Assembly: GCA_965116875.1 (NCBI GenBank)
Contig: OZ220733.1
Location: 4,832,001-4,896,000, forward strand
Source: Candidatus Latescibacterota bacterium
GTDB lineage: Bacteria > Latescibacterota > UBA2968 > GCA-2709665
Length of the DNA stretch: 64,000 nucleotides
Direction of reading: 5' to 3'
The notes below the pieces were generated by a model. The model did not search any database. It worked only from the letters and a program-made list of their open reading frames with translations, and was not told where the DNA came from. The first letter of the stretch is position 1. The number at the start of each line of letters is the position of its first letter. Made by a program: the position numbers and the translations under genes. Below are positions 9,279 to 18,874 of this stretch, piece by piece.

Positions 9279-10022
9279 TCATCCATATTCAGGAAGAGAC
9301 CCATCGTCTTCGGGTATGTAGCCCAACAGCTCCCTCGCGTTCGTGAGATCCCATTTCTTCTCGCTGCCACCCGACACACCGTAGAAGATCCCGAAACCGA
9401 CGTGTTCCGTTTCGACAGACCTCCAGACCAGTTGCGCCAGGTCCCTCGGACTCAGCCAGCGGGAATACCCGGGCTCATATCTTGTTCCCGGCGCATCCTC
9501 CCCATTGAAATTCGCCACCCGAAGGCAGATCACACGTATCCCGTGTCGTTCCGCATAGAACCTGCCCAGGGCTTCGCCAAAAGCCTTTCCCGCGCCGTAC
9601 ACGCCGTCCGGTCTTACCGGGCTATCCGGTGTGGAGACCAGTCCTTCCTTCTCGTATAAACCCGTGACATGATTGGTACTTGCGAAGACGACCACCGGCA
9701 CTGCGTTTATTCGCGCAGCCTCAAGGATATTGTACACACCCGGATTGTCGACTTCGAGAGTCGCCTTCGCCACGTCTTCCGCGGTCATGCCGCCCCATCG
9801 CCGGATCGCCAGATGCACGACGGCGTCCACGCCCGACGTGGCTTCGACCATCGTCGCGCGGTCCGCAACGCTGCCGACGACCACCTGGTCATCGGGATGC
9901 ACGTCGTCCGGTACCGTCGAGTGCAGCAGAAGCCGGAAACCGTATCGCGCTCTCAACCTCGACCGGATAGACGTCCCGAGCGACCCGGCGGCGCCGGTCA
10001 GGAATATCTGCTTCTTTCCCAT
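9279..10022 (-). CDS. NAD-dependent epimerase/dehydratase, uronate dehydrogenase-like
   Basis: TGAAGSLG, FASTNHVTG, RPDGVYGAGKAFGE, WLSPRD. Confidence 0.85.
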   Translation of the reverse strand: MGKKQIFLTGAAGSLGTSIRSRLRARYGFRLLLHSTVPDDVHPDDQVVVGSVADRATMVEATSGVDAVVHLAIRRWGGMTAEDVAKATLEVDNPGVYNILEAARINAVPVVVFASTNHVTGLYEKEGLVSTPDSPVRPDGVYGAGKAFGEALGRFYAERHGIRVICLRVANFNGEDAPGTRYEPGYSRWLSPRDLAQLVWRSVETEHVGFGIFYGVSGGSEKKWDLTNARELLGYIPEDDGSLPEYG

Positions 10023-10303
10023 GGCGCGGGCGGATCCTCCGTCGTGGAATTGGCCTGGCGCACGAATTCCTTCATCTGATCCCTGGACTGTGGGAACCTG
10101 ACCGCCGCGATCGGGCCCGTTCAACCGGTGGATCGCGGAAGCAGCGTCTGCGATGACTGAGTAAACACGAATCCTGAAGATACCGTCTCGCTGCCGCGGG
10201 CGCAATACCCTTCGGCCCGGCTGCGACGGGACCGTTGTATATGGTCTCGTTTATGTATATCTTCCATCGGCCCGATGAGCCCTTCAATGTGCGTGGAGGC
10301 GGC

Positions 10304-11065
10304 GTGGAGCCAATCGACATCAAATGGATTCTGGACATGGTCCGTGAAGCCGGCGGTATCGCCCTCTCCCACTTCGGAAGGACGGAAGGCACGCTCAAGG
10401 CCGACAATTCATGGGTCACGCAGGCGGACGTGGACGTTGAAGCCTTTCTCAGGAGAGAGATCGAATCCAGGCGTCCGAACGATGCGATACTGGGCGAAGA
10501 AGGCGCCAATCCGACGCCGTCGTCGCCTGTCGTATGGGCGATCGATCCGATTGACGGAACGCGCGCGTTCAATCACGGCCTTCCGGTCTGGGGCGTGTCG
10601 ATCGGCGTCTTCGAGAACGGTGAACCCGCCATGGGGGCGTTCATTCTGCCGGCCGTTGGAGACGTCTTCTACACGGACGGCGTTTCCGCCTTCTGCAACG
10701 GGCGCGCGCTCACGCCACCAGCACCCGCGCTGGACGCCAACGCCCTGCTGCTTGTCAGCGAAGGCGCATTCAAACGTCTCAGGATCGACTACCCCGGTAA
10801 AACCCTCAGTCTCGGGTCCGCGGCGGCCCATTTGTGTTACGTTGCCAGGGGCTCGGCGGTCGGCGCTTTCGACCACGCGTCGATCTGGGACTATGCCGCC
10901 GGCGCAGCGATCCTGAAGGTGCTGGGCATTCGCTTGCGGTACCTCTCGGGCGGATCGGTGGACTTCGAGGAATTATTCGGCGCAATGGCCGCGCCTGAAC
11001 CCACCCTCGCGTCAACGGACCTACACTTCGACGCCCTGCAGCGCGCGTTTCAGCGCGCCCACTGA
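10304..11065 (+). CDS. Inositol monophosphatase family protein
   Basis: VTQAD, GEE, WAIDPIDGT, WDYAAG; GTG10304 after GGAGG. Confidence 0.9.
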   Translation: MEPIDIKWILDMVREAGGIALSHFGRTEGTLKADNSWVTQADVDVEAFLRREIESRRPNDAILGEEGANPTPSSPVVWAIDPIDGTRAFNHGLPVWGVSIGVFENGEPAMGAFILPAVGDVFYTDGVSAFCNGRALTPPAPALDANALLLVSEGAFKRLRIDYPGKTLSLGSAAAHLCYVARGSAVGAFDHASIWDYAAGAAILKVLGIRLRYLSGGSVDFEELFGAMAAPEPTLASTDLHFDALQRAFQRAH

Positions 11066-11081
11066 CTGCCGCCGCGGAACG

Positions 11082-11840
11082 TCAGTCCGAAAGACCGTAG
11101 ATTCTCGCCAGATTCTCCCCGAAAATCAGCCGCTCGGCATCCTCTCCAAGGCGCAGCCGCTGAATCGCCCGTTTCACCTGGATGGGTCGATATTCCGGCA
11201 GATTGGAGCCGAAGACCACCCGTTCCGGCCCCAGCGTCTCCACCGCCCTCCCCACCTCCACCGGAACGGTCTCCTCCGGGTTGTCCGACCAGCGTTTGTG
11301 AAAACGCAGAATGGTCGTGCCCATGTATACGTTCCCAAATTGCGCGCACACAGACAATGCCGCTTCGAAATGGTCCGGAAATCCCATATGATCCAGGATG
11401 ATCGCGGTTTCCGGAACCCGTTCCGCGATCGCCGCTGCCCGATCCGCGCTGCAATTTCCCACCCCCGTATGGATCGAAATGACGATGCCAAGCTCCTGTG
11501 CGGCGTCCGCGAATGGAAAGACCATGGGATCGTCCACCTCGAACTTGTGGATTGCGCCCATCAGCTTCATCCCCCGAGCCCCTCGGGACACATAGCTCCT
11601 CAATAGCGCAACACCCCGTTCCCCCCAGTGCGGATTCATCATCACGCAGGGCAGCAGATTCTGATGCCCCGCTGTCCGTTCCAACAGCCCGTCGTTGTCC
11701 GGATCCTCCTTCGCGTCCGGCATCACCACGGCCATCTCGAATCCCGCTTCCGCCTCGCATTCCAGCAATGCCGCGACGGACATGGGGCGCCCGTACCAGT
11801 CTTCGGCCAGATAGGCCTCGAAATCGCCCGTAATTGCCAT
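11082..11840 (-). CDS. Amidohydrolase_2 family protein with atypical N-terminal metal motif
   Basis: GMKL, IHTG, DHMG, FGSNLP, IFGENLARIY; DFEAY in place of DxHxH. Confidence 0.8.
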   Translation of the reverse strand: MAITGDFEAYLAEDWYGRPMSVAALLECEAEAGFEMAVVMPDAKEDPDNDGLLERTAGHQNLLPCVMMNPHWGERGVALLRSYVSRGARGMKLMGAIHKFEVDDPMVFPFADAAQELGIVISIHTGVGNCSADRAAAIAERVPETAIILDHMGFPDHFEAALSVCAQFGNVYMGTTILRFHKRWSDNPEETVPVEVGRAVETLGPERVVFGSNLPEYRPIQVKRAIQRLRLGEDAERLIFGENLARIYGLSD

Positions 11841-11890
11841 GCTGTGACCCCCTTTCGGCGCTTTCGCGTTCATTCTCAGGCTGACGGCGT

Positions 11891-12724
11891 TCATCCCAGT
11901 TGCAATACCCGCCACCGGTCGTACGACGGACGCATCCTTTCCGGCAGAAATCCGCGCACATTGTCCGCGAGCATCCATTTCAGGCGCTCGTCCGTATTCT
12001 GCGGCTGTTCGCCGTCACTGTGTTTCTGCCAGCTCCCGGCAAGTGTCAATCGTTCGGGCCTCGTCTTGTAGACTCCCCGATGGACCGCGTTTCCGTTCCA
12101 GAAAATCGTCTGTCCCGCTTTCAGATGCATCACTTTCTGCGTTGAAATGTCAGCGTGCCGGTTCTTCAACAGACGATCCCGCTCCTCTTCCGTCCGGTAT
12201 CGCCGGTGGCTTCCCGGCACCAGTTGCAGGCAGGAATCGTCAAGCAGCGCCAGGTGCCACTTCAACGACACGATCGGCCGGTTCAGGATTTCCATTTCCA
12301 CCTCGCGGGATCCGTCCCGTTCATTCTTGCCGAAATCCCGGTGCCACCCACCGCTCCAGTCCACCTCGTCCGGCGACGTGAAGATCAGCACGCCGCCCAG
12401 GCGAAGATCGGCGCCGAGAAGCGGCTGTACATATCGCATCACCGGCTGAGACATCAGATACTCCGCAAAGACCGGTTCTTTGAATTCGGGAGCGAACAGG
12501 CCCCGGATCGCCCACGGCTCTCCTTCCGGCGTCCGGTGCGTGTAGATATCCACCTCCCGGGTGCGTGTCTTCGCCTTCACCCGCCGCGTGGCGTTCAGAA
12601 GCGACGCCAGCATCTCCGGATCGACCGCATCATCCGCGATGAAATAGCCCTGTGTGCTGTACTGTTCCCTGGCCTCTGCCAAATCCATAGCCCGCATCCT
12701 CCATGATTGACCTGCGAGGTTCAT
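11891..12724 (-). CDS. Phytanoyl-CoA dioxygenase (PhyH) family Fe/2OG oxygenase
   Basis: WHRD, VPGSH, HRG motifs; start may be the downstream ATG (MDLAEA). Confidence 0.85.
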   Translation of the reverse strand: MNLAGQSWRMRAMDLAEAREQYSTQGYFIADDAVDPEMLASLLNATRRVKAKTRTREVDIYTHRTPEGEPWAIRGLFAPEFKEPVFAEYLMSQPVMRYVQPLLGADLRLGGVLIFTSPDEVDWSGGWHRDFGKNERDGSREVEMEILNRPIVSLKWHLALLDDSCLQLVPGSHRRYRTEEERDRLLKNRHADISTQKVMHLKAGQTIFWNGNAVHRGVYKTRPERLTLAGSWQKHSDGEQPQNTDERLKWMLADNVRGFLPERMRPSYDRWRVLQLG

Positions 12725-12758
12725 CCCTCAGATTCATGCGACGATATCAACGTGGGTT

Positions 12759-15700
12759 TCACCACTCCTTCTTCCAGAAGATCCCGAGCGAACTCCGGTC
12801 CCGTTCCCGCTCGTTTCCCTCCCGCTGCTGCGCTTCCAGCGTCACGTTCGGCAACAGTTCGTATTCGACCACAACCTCCCTGCCCCTCGCCTCGGATACG
12901 TCCTGCGCGTAGCTGACGAAGAACCGGGACCCGAAATACTTGCCCGCCCGTACCCGGGTTGCCGAACTCCCAAGGCCCAGATCAATTTCCACGACGTCCA
13001 GGTTCAGTCTCCGGCCGATTGTGCGTTTCAACTGGTTCGCAGCAACGCCAAGCACAAGGACGGCGGCCTGGCCCTCCAGGCGGCTCCCGGCCCCGCCTTC
13101 CCCGCTCACCAACCCGGACACGTCGTCGGCCGGCCTGCCTATCAGGAGGTAGGAAAGGATGTCCGATTCGTCCATGGGTGGCATGGTATCGCTTTCAAGG
13201 GAGATATTGGGTTCCAGGAGCGTCCCCCCCACAACGACGCTGATCACCGCGTTCTCATTGGAAACCAGCCTGATCCTGCGGGTTGCTATAATGTAGAGAT
13301 CCGGGTTGATGTCGGCACTGCCGCGGAAGTTGATCTCTCCGCGGTCGATCGCGAAGCTCGTATTCTGAAACTCGTACCGACCCTGCCTGCTGTCGAGAGA
13401 CCCGTACAGCCGGATACCCTCCTTGTCCTTGACCAGATCCACGTCCCCGGAAATCTCGACGTTCAGTTCCCGGTCGCGGATCCAGACGTTTCGAGAAGCC
13501 GATACCCGGACGTCGCAGACCAGATTCCGGAAGAGTGGCGACGACATCCAGGCGACGTCCGTCGGGTACTCGATGAAGTCGGACAGCCTCAGAACCGCAC
13601 GGGACAACGCCACCCTGCCATTCAGCTTACCCGCCTCGAGGTTCCCTTTCAACTGAAGGCCGGCATTGAGGGTGGCCTTGAATGAGGCCAGGTCGACGGC
13701 CTCGAACTCGTTCGCATTCAACACAAGGTCATATCGTTCCAGGTCGAACCCGTCCAATGCCACTTCACCCGTCAGCGTAACTCTGGTCTTCTTTCCGCCG
13801 GTTTCGAAGCGCTCGAGTACGATCCGGTTCCCATCGAACTTCAGATCCGCTTCTGCCTGGTCAAAGTCCGTGTTCAAAGGCACGATCCGGGCCTTTCCAT
13901 CGCGCAGCGTCAGCCATCCACGCTTGAGAAGCCGCTTCGGCGTCCCTTTCACCGTGAGGTCGACCGCCAGAGTACCCTGCGCGCCCTGGACCGCCGGGAA
14001 TACGTGGGGCAGGAAGTTCAGATCGACTCCGGCGGATTTCAATGATGCGTCTACCGGCCCCGGCGGAAACAGATCACCCGGACCGCCCGACGACAGGTCC
14101 AGGGGAAACTGCCCATTCGCCACAGCCTCTCGTCCGTGGGACTGCACCAGTCTCAGGTCCACGGTCGCGCGTTTGTTCCGATATCCTGCAGTTCCCGATG
14201 CTTCTTTCAGACGGACGCCCCCGACAGCTCCGTCTCGAAACGTCAACTCTGTTTTCACATGCGGGTTCTCCGGTGTGCCGGACAGCGCGATCGTACCCGT
14301 AAGCATCCCGCTCAAATCGCCTGCCATCCGCAGAAAGCCGGACCAGATCTCCAGGTCCACGTCGATGAGACCCACAACCACACCGTCCCCCCGGCCGCTG
14401 TGTCCTTGCGCCTGAATCGCCCCGCCGTTCCCGACCATACGGAAACGCTCCACCAACACGCCTTCCCGGGGGCGATACGTAATTTGAGAGGCGCCATCGC
14501 TGCACAGAGACACGCCGCCCACGCCAACCGCGAGGGAGTCCAGCTCGAGGACGTACAAACTGTCCGCCCAGGCTGCGCCGCCCCTGAGGTGGAGTTGATC
14601 GATTTCGTCCGGACGACTGCCCAGGACAAATGAAATCCCGTCTCTACTCAGCCCAAGATCCGCAGACACGTCGTGGACCGTTCGCCCGCCCCATACAAGA
14701 GAATCCGCGCGGACTTCAAGATCTCCCTGTAAGAGTTGCGGCCCCGTCATTCCGAGTTTGACCCCGTGGATCGGGACGCCCTTGTAGTTCACGCTGTCTG
14801 CCAGCAGATCCGCCGTGACAAGGTGTTTCGTCCAGGCGCCCTGGACGCCGGCCGAAAAAGATGCCGGTGATCCTGACAGTCCGTGGCCGATGACACTGTC
14901 GAGCGCCCGCAGGTCCTCGACCCGACCCCGTGCGCGGATGTCAAGACTGTCGCCCGGAACAATCCAGCCGTTTCCCTCCAGACGCGCACGGGTCCCGGCC
15001 AGGAACAGTCGATTCACGATCGTGCGGCGACCCTCTTGAACCAGGCTTGCCCTTGCGCTATCCAGCTTTCCGCCCAGGAACCGCGACGCTCGCAGCATCA
15101 CGTCCGCGTTGGCTTGCGTCGAGTCCGGATGTAATCCCCTGCCGGCGAGTCCAATCTGAAGCGATACGCCTTCCAGGACGCCCGAACGGTTCAGAAGCCG
15201 ATCCACCGCCGCCCCGTCCACCCGCAAGCCCGCAATATAGCTGGGCTGTTTTCCTTCGGGGTCCCAGAACCGCCCGAGATCGATCCGACCGTGTCCCCTG
15301 ACCACGCCGAATCCGTCCGACAGCCGCACCCCGATACTATCGAGACTGACGATGCCCTTCCCGAACGACCCCCGGAGGGCGAGTCCGGTTGCCTCAGGCA
15401 ACCCGTCGATTTTCGCGACATCGAACACCGCGTCGCCGCGCCAGACTCCGGCATCCACCCGTTGAAGCCGGATTCCGCCGGTCAGATCGGTCTTCGGTGC
15501 GCCGGCGCCTGAAAATGAGGAAAGATCCAGGCGATCAACCCGTGCGCTCAGTTCGTATAGCGGCTCCGCTTCCGCCAGTGCGACCGCCAGCCCGGTGAAG
15601 ACACGTCCGGCAGGCCCTTCCGCGGCGAGGTCCATTCCGACTTTGCCTCTTTTGAACGACACGGCCAGATTCGCCGTGTCGACGACGACCCCCGAGAGCA

Positions 15701-16790
15701 TGGCGCGTGAAATTCCCGCGGTGACGTCCGTCTCGGCCGTGAAGGGATCCAGGCCATGCCCCCGTAGTCGAACGGCCGCGTCAAAGTGGGCGTCGAGACC
15801 AATCCGGGGGGCGATTCGCATCAGGTCGATCCCGGTCGCGGTCGCGCGGATGTCATAACCCACGTTGGCCCGCGAGAAGTCGACGTGACCTGAAAGAGCG
15901 CAGACGGTTGACCCGTCGTCGAGTTTCAGGTCCATATTCGCGCGGGTCGCGTCGCCCCACACCCTGCCGACCGCGGCAAGGCTTCCCATCGGGTACGGAC
16001 CGGGAAGAATGCGCTCCAACTCGTCAAACGCGAGCGAATCCGCACGCAGCATGAAGTCGAACGAGGGCCGGGACAACCCGGTCATCGTTCCGTCGATTCG
16101 GACACCGGACCCCGCCGTGTGCAGCCGGATCCCGGCCAGCGTCAATCCGCCATCCGCGAGCATGGTCACACCCGAGAGATCCCGAATTACGATTGGAGGA
16201 TCGAAGACAAGGGAGCGCAGACGGCGCAGCGCCAATTCGTAACCTTCCGGGCCGGCTCGAAATCCCATGACCATATCAAGGCTATCGACCCTGCCGGCGG
16301 CATTCAGTTCAATCCTCCCGTCCACGACCTCCACGTGGCGGATGTGGATCTCCCATTTCGGGCCCTTCTTCCACCATTGCGGGTCCGATTCGGGCAGCAG
16401 GCCGGAAGCAGAATCCGCGGCGGCCGCGCCTGCCGGAAGCCGGAATCTTGGTGCGGTCAACAGGAATTCGTCGACGAGTACCGTTCCTCTTAACAACGCA
16501 GAAGGCCGATATCGGGCTTCAACCGCGTCCACGACGACCAATGGATCCTGTTCTGTGCCAAACCGCACTTGATCCAGGCGGAATCCATTCAATGGGTTGC
16601 CGTGCAGTCGACCGATATCCACGGCCACGCCCAGGTCCCGGGCGAGCCGCTGCTGAACGTACGCGCGCAGATACGGGTTCGCATGACCCGTTGCCAGCGC
16701 GAGCAGACCGAATCCGACGATCACGGCCGCGCCGGCCGAGAGCAGGACGGCGATTTTTACAATGCGTTTCAAGGGGCTCCTGTCCGGCAT
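12759..16790 (-). CDS. tamB: Translocation/assembly module TamB
   Basis: N-terminal TM anchor, long beta-taco repeats, C-terminal DUF490-like region (DILSYLLIGR...AGKYF...SY). Confidence 0.85.
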   Translation of the reverse strand: MPDRSPLKRIVKIAVLLSAGAAVIVGFGLLALATGHANPYLRAYVQQRLARDLGVAVDIGRLHGNPLNGFRLDQVRFGTEQDPLVVVDAVEARYRPSALLRGTVLVDEFLLTAPRFRLPAGAAAADSASGLLPESDPQWWKKGPKWEIHIRHVEVVDGRIELNAAGRVDSLDMVMGFRAGPEGYELALRRLRSLVFDPPIVIRDLSGVTMLADGGLTLAGIRLHTAGSGVRIDGTMTGLSRPSFDFMLRADSLAFDELERILPGPYPMGSLAAVGRVWGDATRANMDLKLDDGSTVCALSGHVDFSRANVGYDIRATATGIDLMRIAPRIGLDAHFDAAVRLRGHGLDPFTAETDVTAGISRAMLSGVVVDTANLAVSFKRGKVGMDLAAEGPAGRVFTGLAVALAEAEPLYELSARVDRLDLSSFSGAGAPKTDLTGGIRLQRVDAGVWRGDAVFDVAKIDGLPEATGLALRGSFGKGIVSLDSIGVRLSDGFGVVRGHGRIDLGRFWDPEGKQPSYIAGLRVDGAAVDRLLNRSGVLEGVSLQIGLAGRGLHPDSTQANADVMLRASRFLGGKLDSARASLVQEGRRTIVNRLFLAGTRARLEGNGWIVPGDSLDIRARGRVEDLRALDSVIGHGLSGSPASFSAGVQGAWTKHLVTADLLADSVNYKGVPIHGVKLGMTGPQLLQGDLEVRADSLVWGGRTVHDVSADLGLSRDGISFVLGSRPDEIDQLHLRGGAAWADSLYVLELDSLAVGVGGVSLCSDGASQITYRPREGVLVERFRMVGNGGAIQAQGHSGRGDGVVVGLIDVDLEIWSGFLRMAGDLSGMLTGTIALSGTPENPHVKTELTFRDGAVGGVRLKEASGTAGYRNKRATVDLRLVQSHGREAVANGQFPLDLSSGGPGDLFPPGPVDASLKSAGVDLNFLPHVFPAVQGAQGTLAVDLTVKGTPKRLLKRGWLTLRDGKARIVPLNTDFDQAEADLKFDGNRIVLERFETGGKKTRVTLTGEVALDGFDLERYDLVLNANEFEAVDLASFKATLNAGLQLKGNLEAGKLNGRVALSRAVLRLSDFIEYPTDVAWMSSPLFRNLVCDVRVSASRNVWIRDRELNVEISGDVDLVKDKEGIRLYGSLDSRQGRYEFQNTSFAIDRGEINFRGSADINPDLYIIATRRIRLVSNENAVISVVVGGTLLEPNISLESDTMPPMDESDILSYLLIGRPADDVSGLVSGEGGAGSRLEGQAAVLVLGVAANQLKRTIGRRLNLDVVEIDLGLGSSATRVRAGKYFGSRFFVSYAQDVSEARGREVVVEYELLPNVTLEAQQREGNERERDRSSLGIFWKKEW

Positions 16791-16832
16791 GTTGTATCGG
16801 CGTGTGGCCTCATTCCCGCCTCTCCCGACGGC

Positions 16833-18659
16833 TCAAAATGCCTGACCCAGGCTGAAATGGATCTGACGGCCGGGCTGCGAGGGATCGTCGGAGAGACGGA
16901 ACGCGACGTCGAGACGGGCAGGGCAGATTGGATTCAGATAACGCAATCCGCCGCCCGCCGCCACACGTAAACGGCCTGGATCGAAGGCTCCAAACCTGTC
17001 GGTCATCACGTTGCCGACATCCGCGAATACGGCCATTCCCAGGCCGGAAAACAAACGGGTACGAACTTCGACGCTTCCTTCCAGATGGCTCAGGCCACCC
17101 ACCGGCAGGTCGGACGGATCACGCGGCCCAAGCCGGTTCAGCTTCCATCCACGTACACTGCTGGCGCCGCCCGCAAAGAATCGTTCAAAATTGGGGATAG
17201 ATTCCACGTGCCTGCGACTTAGAATCAACCCTCCCGATACCTTGAGGGCAAACACGCTCCTCCAGAGTACCTTTCTGTACCAGCGGCACTCCCCCGACAC
17301 TTTGAAAAAGTCTCTGTACCCCGACGCCTTTACCGCGAGTTCAGCCAACATGCCCCGGGTCGGATCGAAAAAATCGTCCCGTCTATCCTCCAAGTACTCT
17401 ACCGAAAGCGTTGTACGGGTGCTGTCCGGATCGAAATCAACAACCTCGGTCCTCACCTGAAAGACGACGCGCCCGGTCGCCCGGAAAGTACGTTCCAGCG
17501 CCGCGCTTGCCCCTGCCCGCTTCACACGGATCTCCTCGGGGCGTTCCTGCTCCACGAATCCCGCCATCTCCAGCCACGTCCTGCTTCCGAATATATATGG
17601 CTGCCTGACCGTAATTCTCGCTCGCGCCTCCAGCGCCGACGCCGAAGATTCGGCCGTCAACTGGCGTGCGCCGCCGCCCAGAAAACTCCGGTGCCGCCAT
17701 GCCAGCAATCCCCGCAACTGCTCTTCGGTATCGAATCCGGCGCCCAGTTTCAGACTCCGGGCCGGTCGTTCCCGCACCAGAACGGACACATCCACGGGAC
17801 TCGAACGGGCGACCGTGTCCGGTATGCCCAGCGATACCGACCGGAACGCCTCCGAACGATACAGTTGAAGCCGGCTGTTCGAGAGGTCCTTCCGGCGGTA
17901 GGCGTCTCCTGACCTGAATGTAAGTCCCCTCAGGATCAGATCGTCCGAAACCGTTCGATTCCCTGAGATCCTTATCTTTCCAAAGCGGCATTTCGGCCCC
18001 GGAGTCACACGATACGTCACGTCGGCGCGTCTGTTACGCACGGCCACGTCAGCGGCAACCTCGGCGAAAGCGTGTCCATCGTTCTGAATGATCTCGGCGA
18101 TCTTTTTGAGATCCGACTCCCCGCCCATCCGGGTCAATGGGCTGGCCGGTCTGGTGACCAACGCATCCATCAGACGCGCGCTGTCCCGCCAGGCGTCTGC
18201 CGGCAGGACCTTCAGTCGCACGCTGGAGACGACGACGGGCTCGCCTTCCACGATGCGGAGCCGAATGCGGACGAAACCGGGGCGGTACCGGTCGACGACC
18301 GTGTCCACAACAGCATCGAAATAGCCCTGGTCCTCATAACGCGACCGGATACGCGCGACGTCGGATCGAAACACCGCGGGATCGAACTGCCGGACGTCTA
18401 CGCCCGGAAAAATCTCGTACCAGGGGTTCGCCCTGGTAAACATCAGGAGTTTGAGATCCCCGTCGGAAATCGCACGATTCCCTTCTATCGCTACCGCGTC
18501 GACGATGACGGAATCCGCATCCTGTGCGAAGAGGGCACGGGGAATCACGAAAACAACCGCGGCAACGACGGTTCTGAGGAGAATCAAATTTCTCCATCCT
18601 GTCTGATGACTCACTGAAACTGAACTGCGGCACGTCGGAAGCCGGCCGTTCGCCGGCAC
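16833..18659 (-). CDS. tamA: Omp85 family TamA/BamA-like outer membrane protein
   Basis: Three POTRA-like domains, FFAGGASSVRGW, C-terminal FSLGQAF; directly upstream of tamB; start uncertain. Confidence 0.85.
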   Translation of the reverse strand: MPANGRLPTCRSSVSVSHQTGWRNLILLRTVVAAVVFVIPRALFAQDADSVIVDAVAIEGNRAISDGDLKLLMFTRANPWYEIFPGVDVRQFDPAVFRSDVARIRSRYEDQGYFDAVVDTVVDRYRPGFVRIRLRIVEGEPVVVSSVRLKVLPADAWRDSARLMDALVTRPASPLTRMGGESDLKKIAEIIQNDGHAFAEVAADVAVRNRRADVTYRVTPGPKCRFGKIRISGNRTVSDDLILRGLTFRSGDAYRRKDLSNSRLQLYRSEAFRSVSLGIPDTVARSSPVDVSVLVRERPARSLKLGAGFDTEEQLRGLLAWRHRSFLGGGARQLTAESSASALEARARITVRQPYIFGSRTWLEMAGFVEQERPEEIRVKRAGASAALERTFRATGRVVFQVRTEVVDFDPDSTRTTLSVEYLEDRRDDFFDPTRGMLAELAVKASGYRDFFKVSGECRWYRKVLWRSVFALKVSGGLILSRRHVESIPNFERFFAGGASSVRGWKLNRLGPRDPSDLPVGGLSHLEGSVEVRTRLFSGLGMAVFADVGNVMTDRFGAFDPGRLRVAAGGGLRYLNPICPARLDVAFRLSDDPSQPGRQIHFSLGQAF

Positions 18660-18819
18660 TCCCTATGACGCCCGCCTGTCCTGTCGGTTTCAGTCCGGCG
18701 CCCCGTAGCGGAAGATAGTCCTCCGTACTGCGGGCACAAGGAATTTCTCTCTCGCCATCCATTCATGCCGACCTGTATTCCGCAGCCGAAAGGTCAGAAA
18801 ACCCAAAGGACAGAGCGTG

Positions 18820-18858
18820 AAAAGGCCCCTGTTTCCCGATTGGAAACAGGGGCCTTTT
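18820..18858. terminator. Intrinsic terminator downstream of clpB
   Basis: AAAAGGCCCCTGTTTCC-CGATT-GGAAACAGGGGCCTTTT perfect 17-bp stem. Confidence 0.85.
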
Positions 18859-18874
18859 ATCCGCCGAGGGAATC

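Noticed and set aside
9146-9379. Small ORF between the epimerase and GalB-like genes
   Set aside because: Arg/Gly/Pro-rich with no SD or recognisable motif; cannot be supported.
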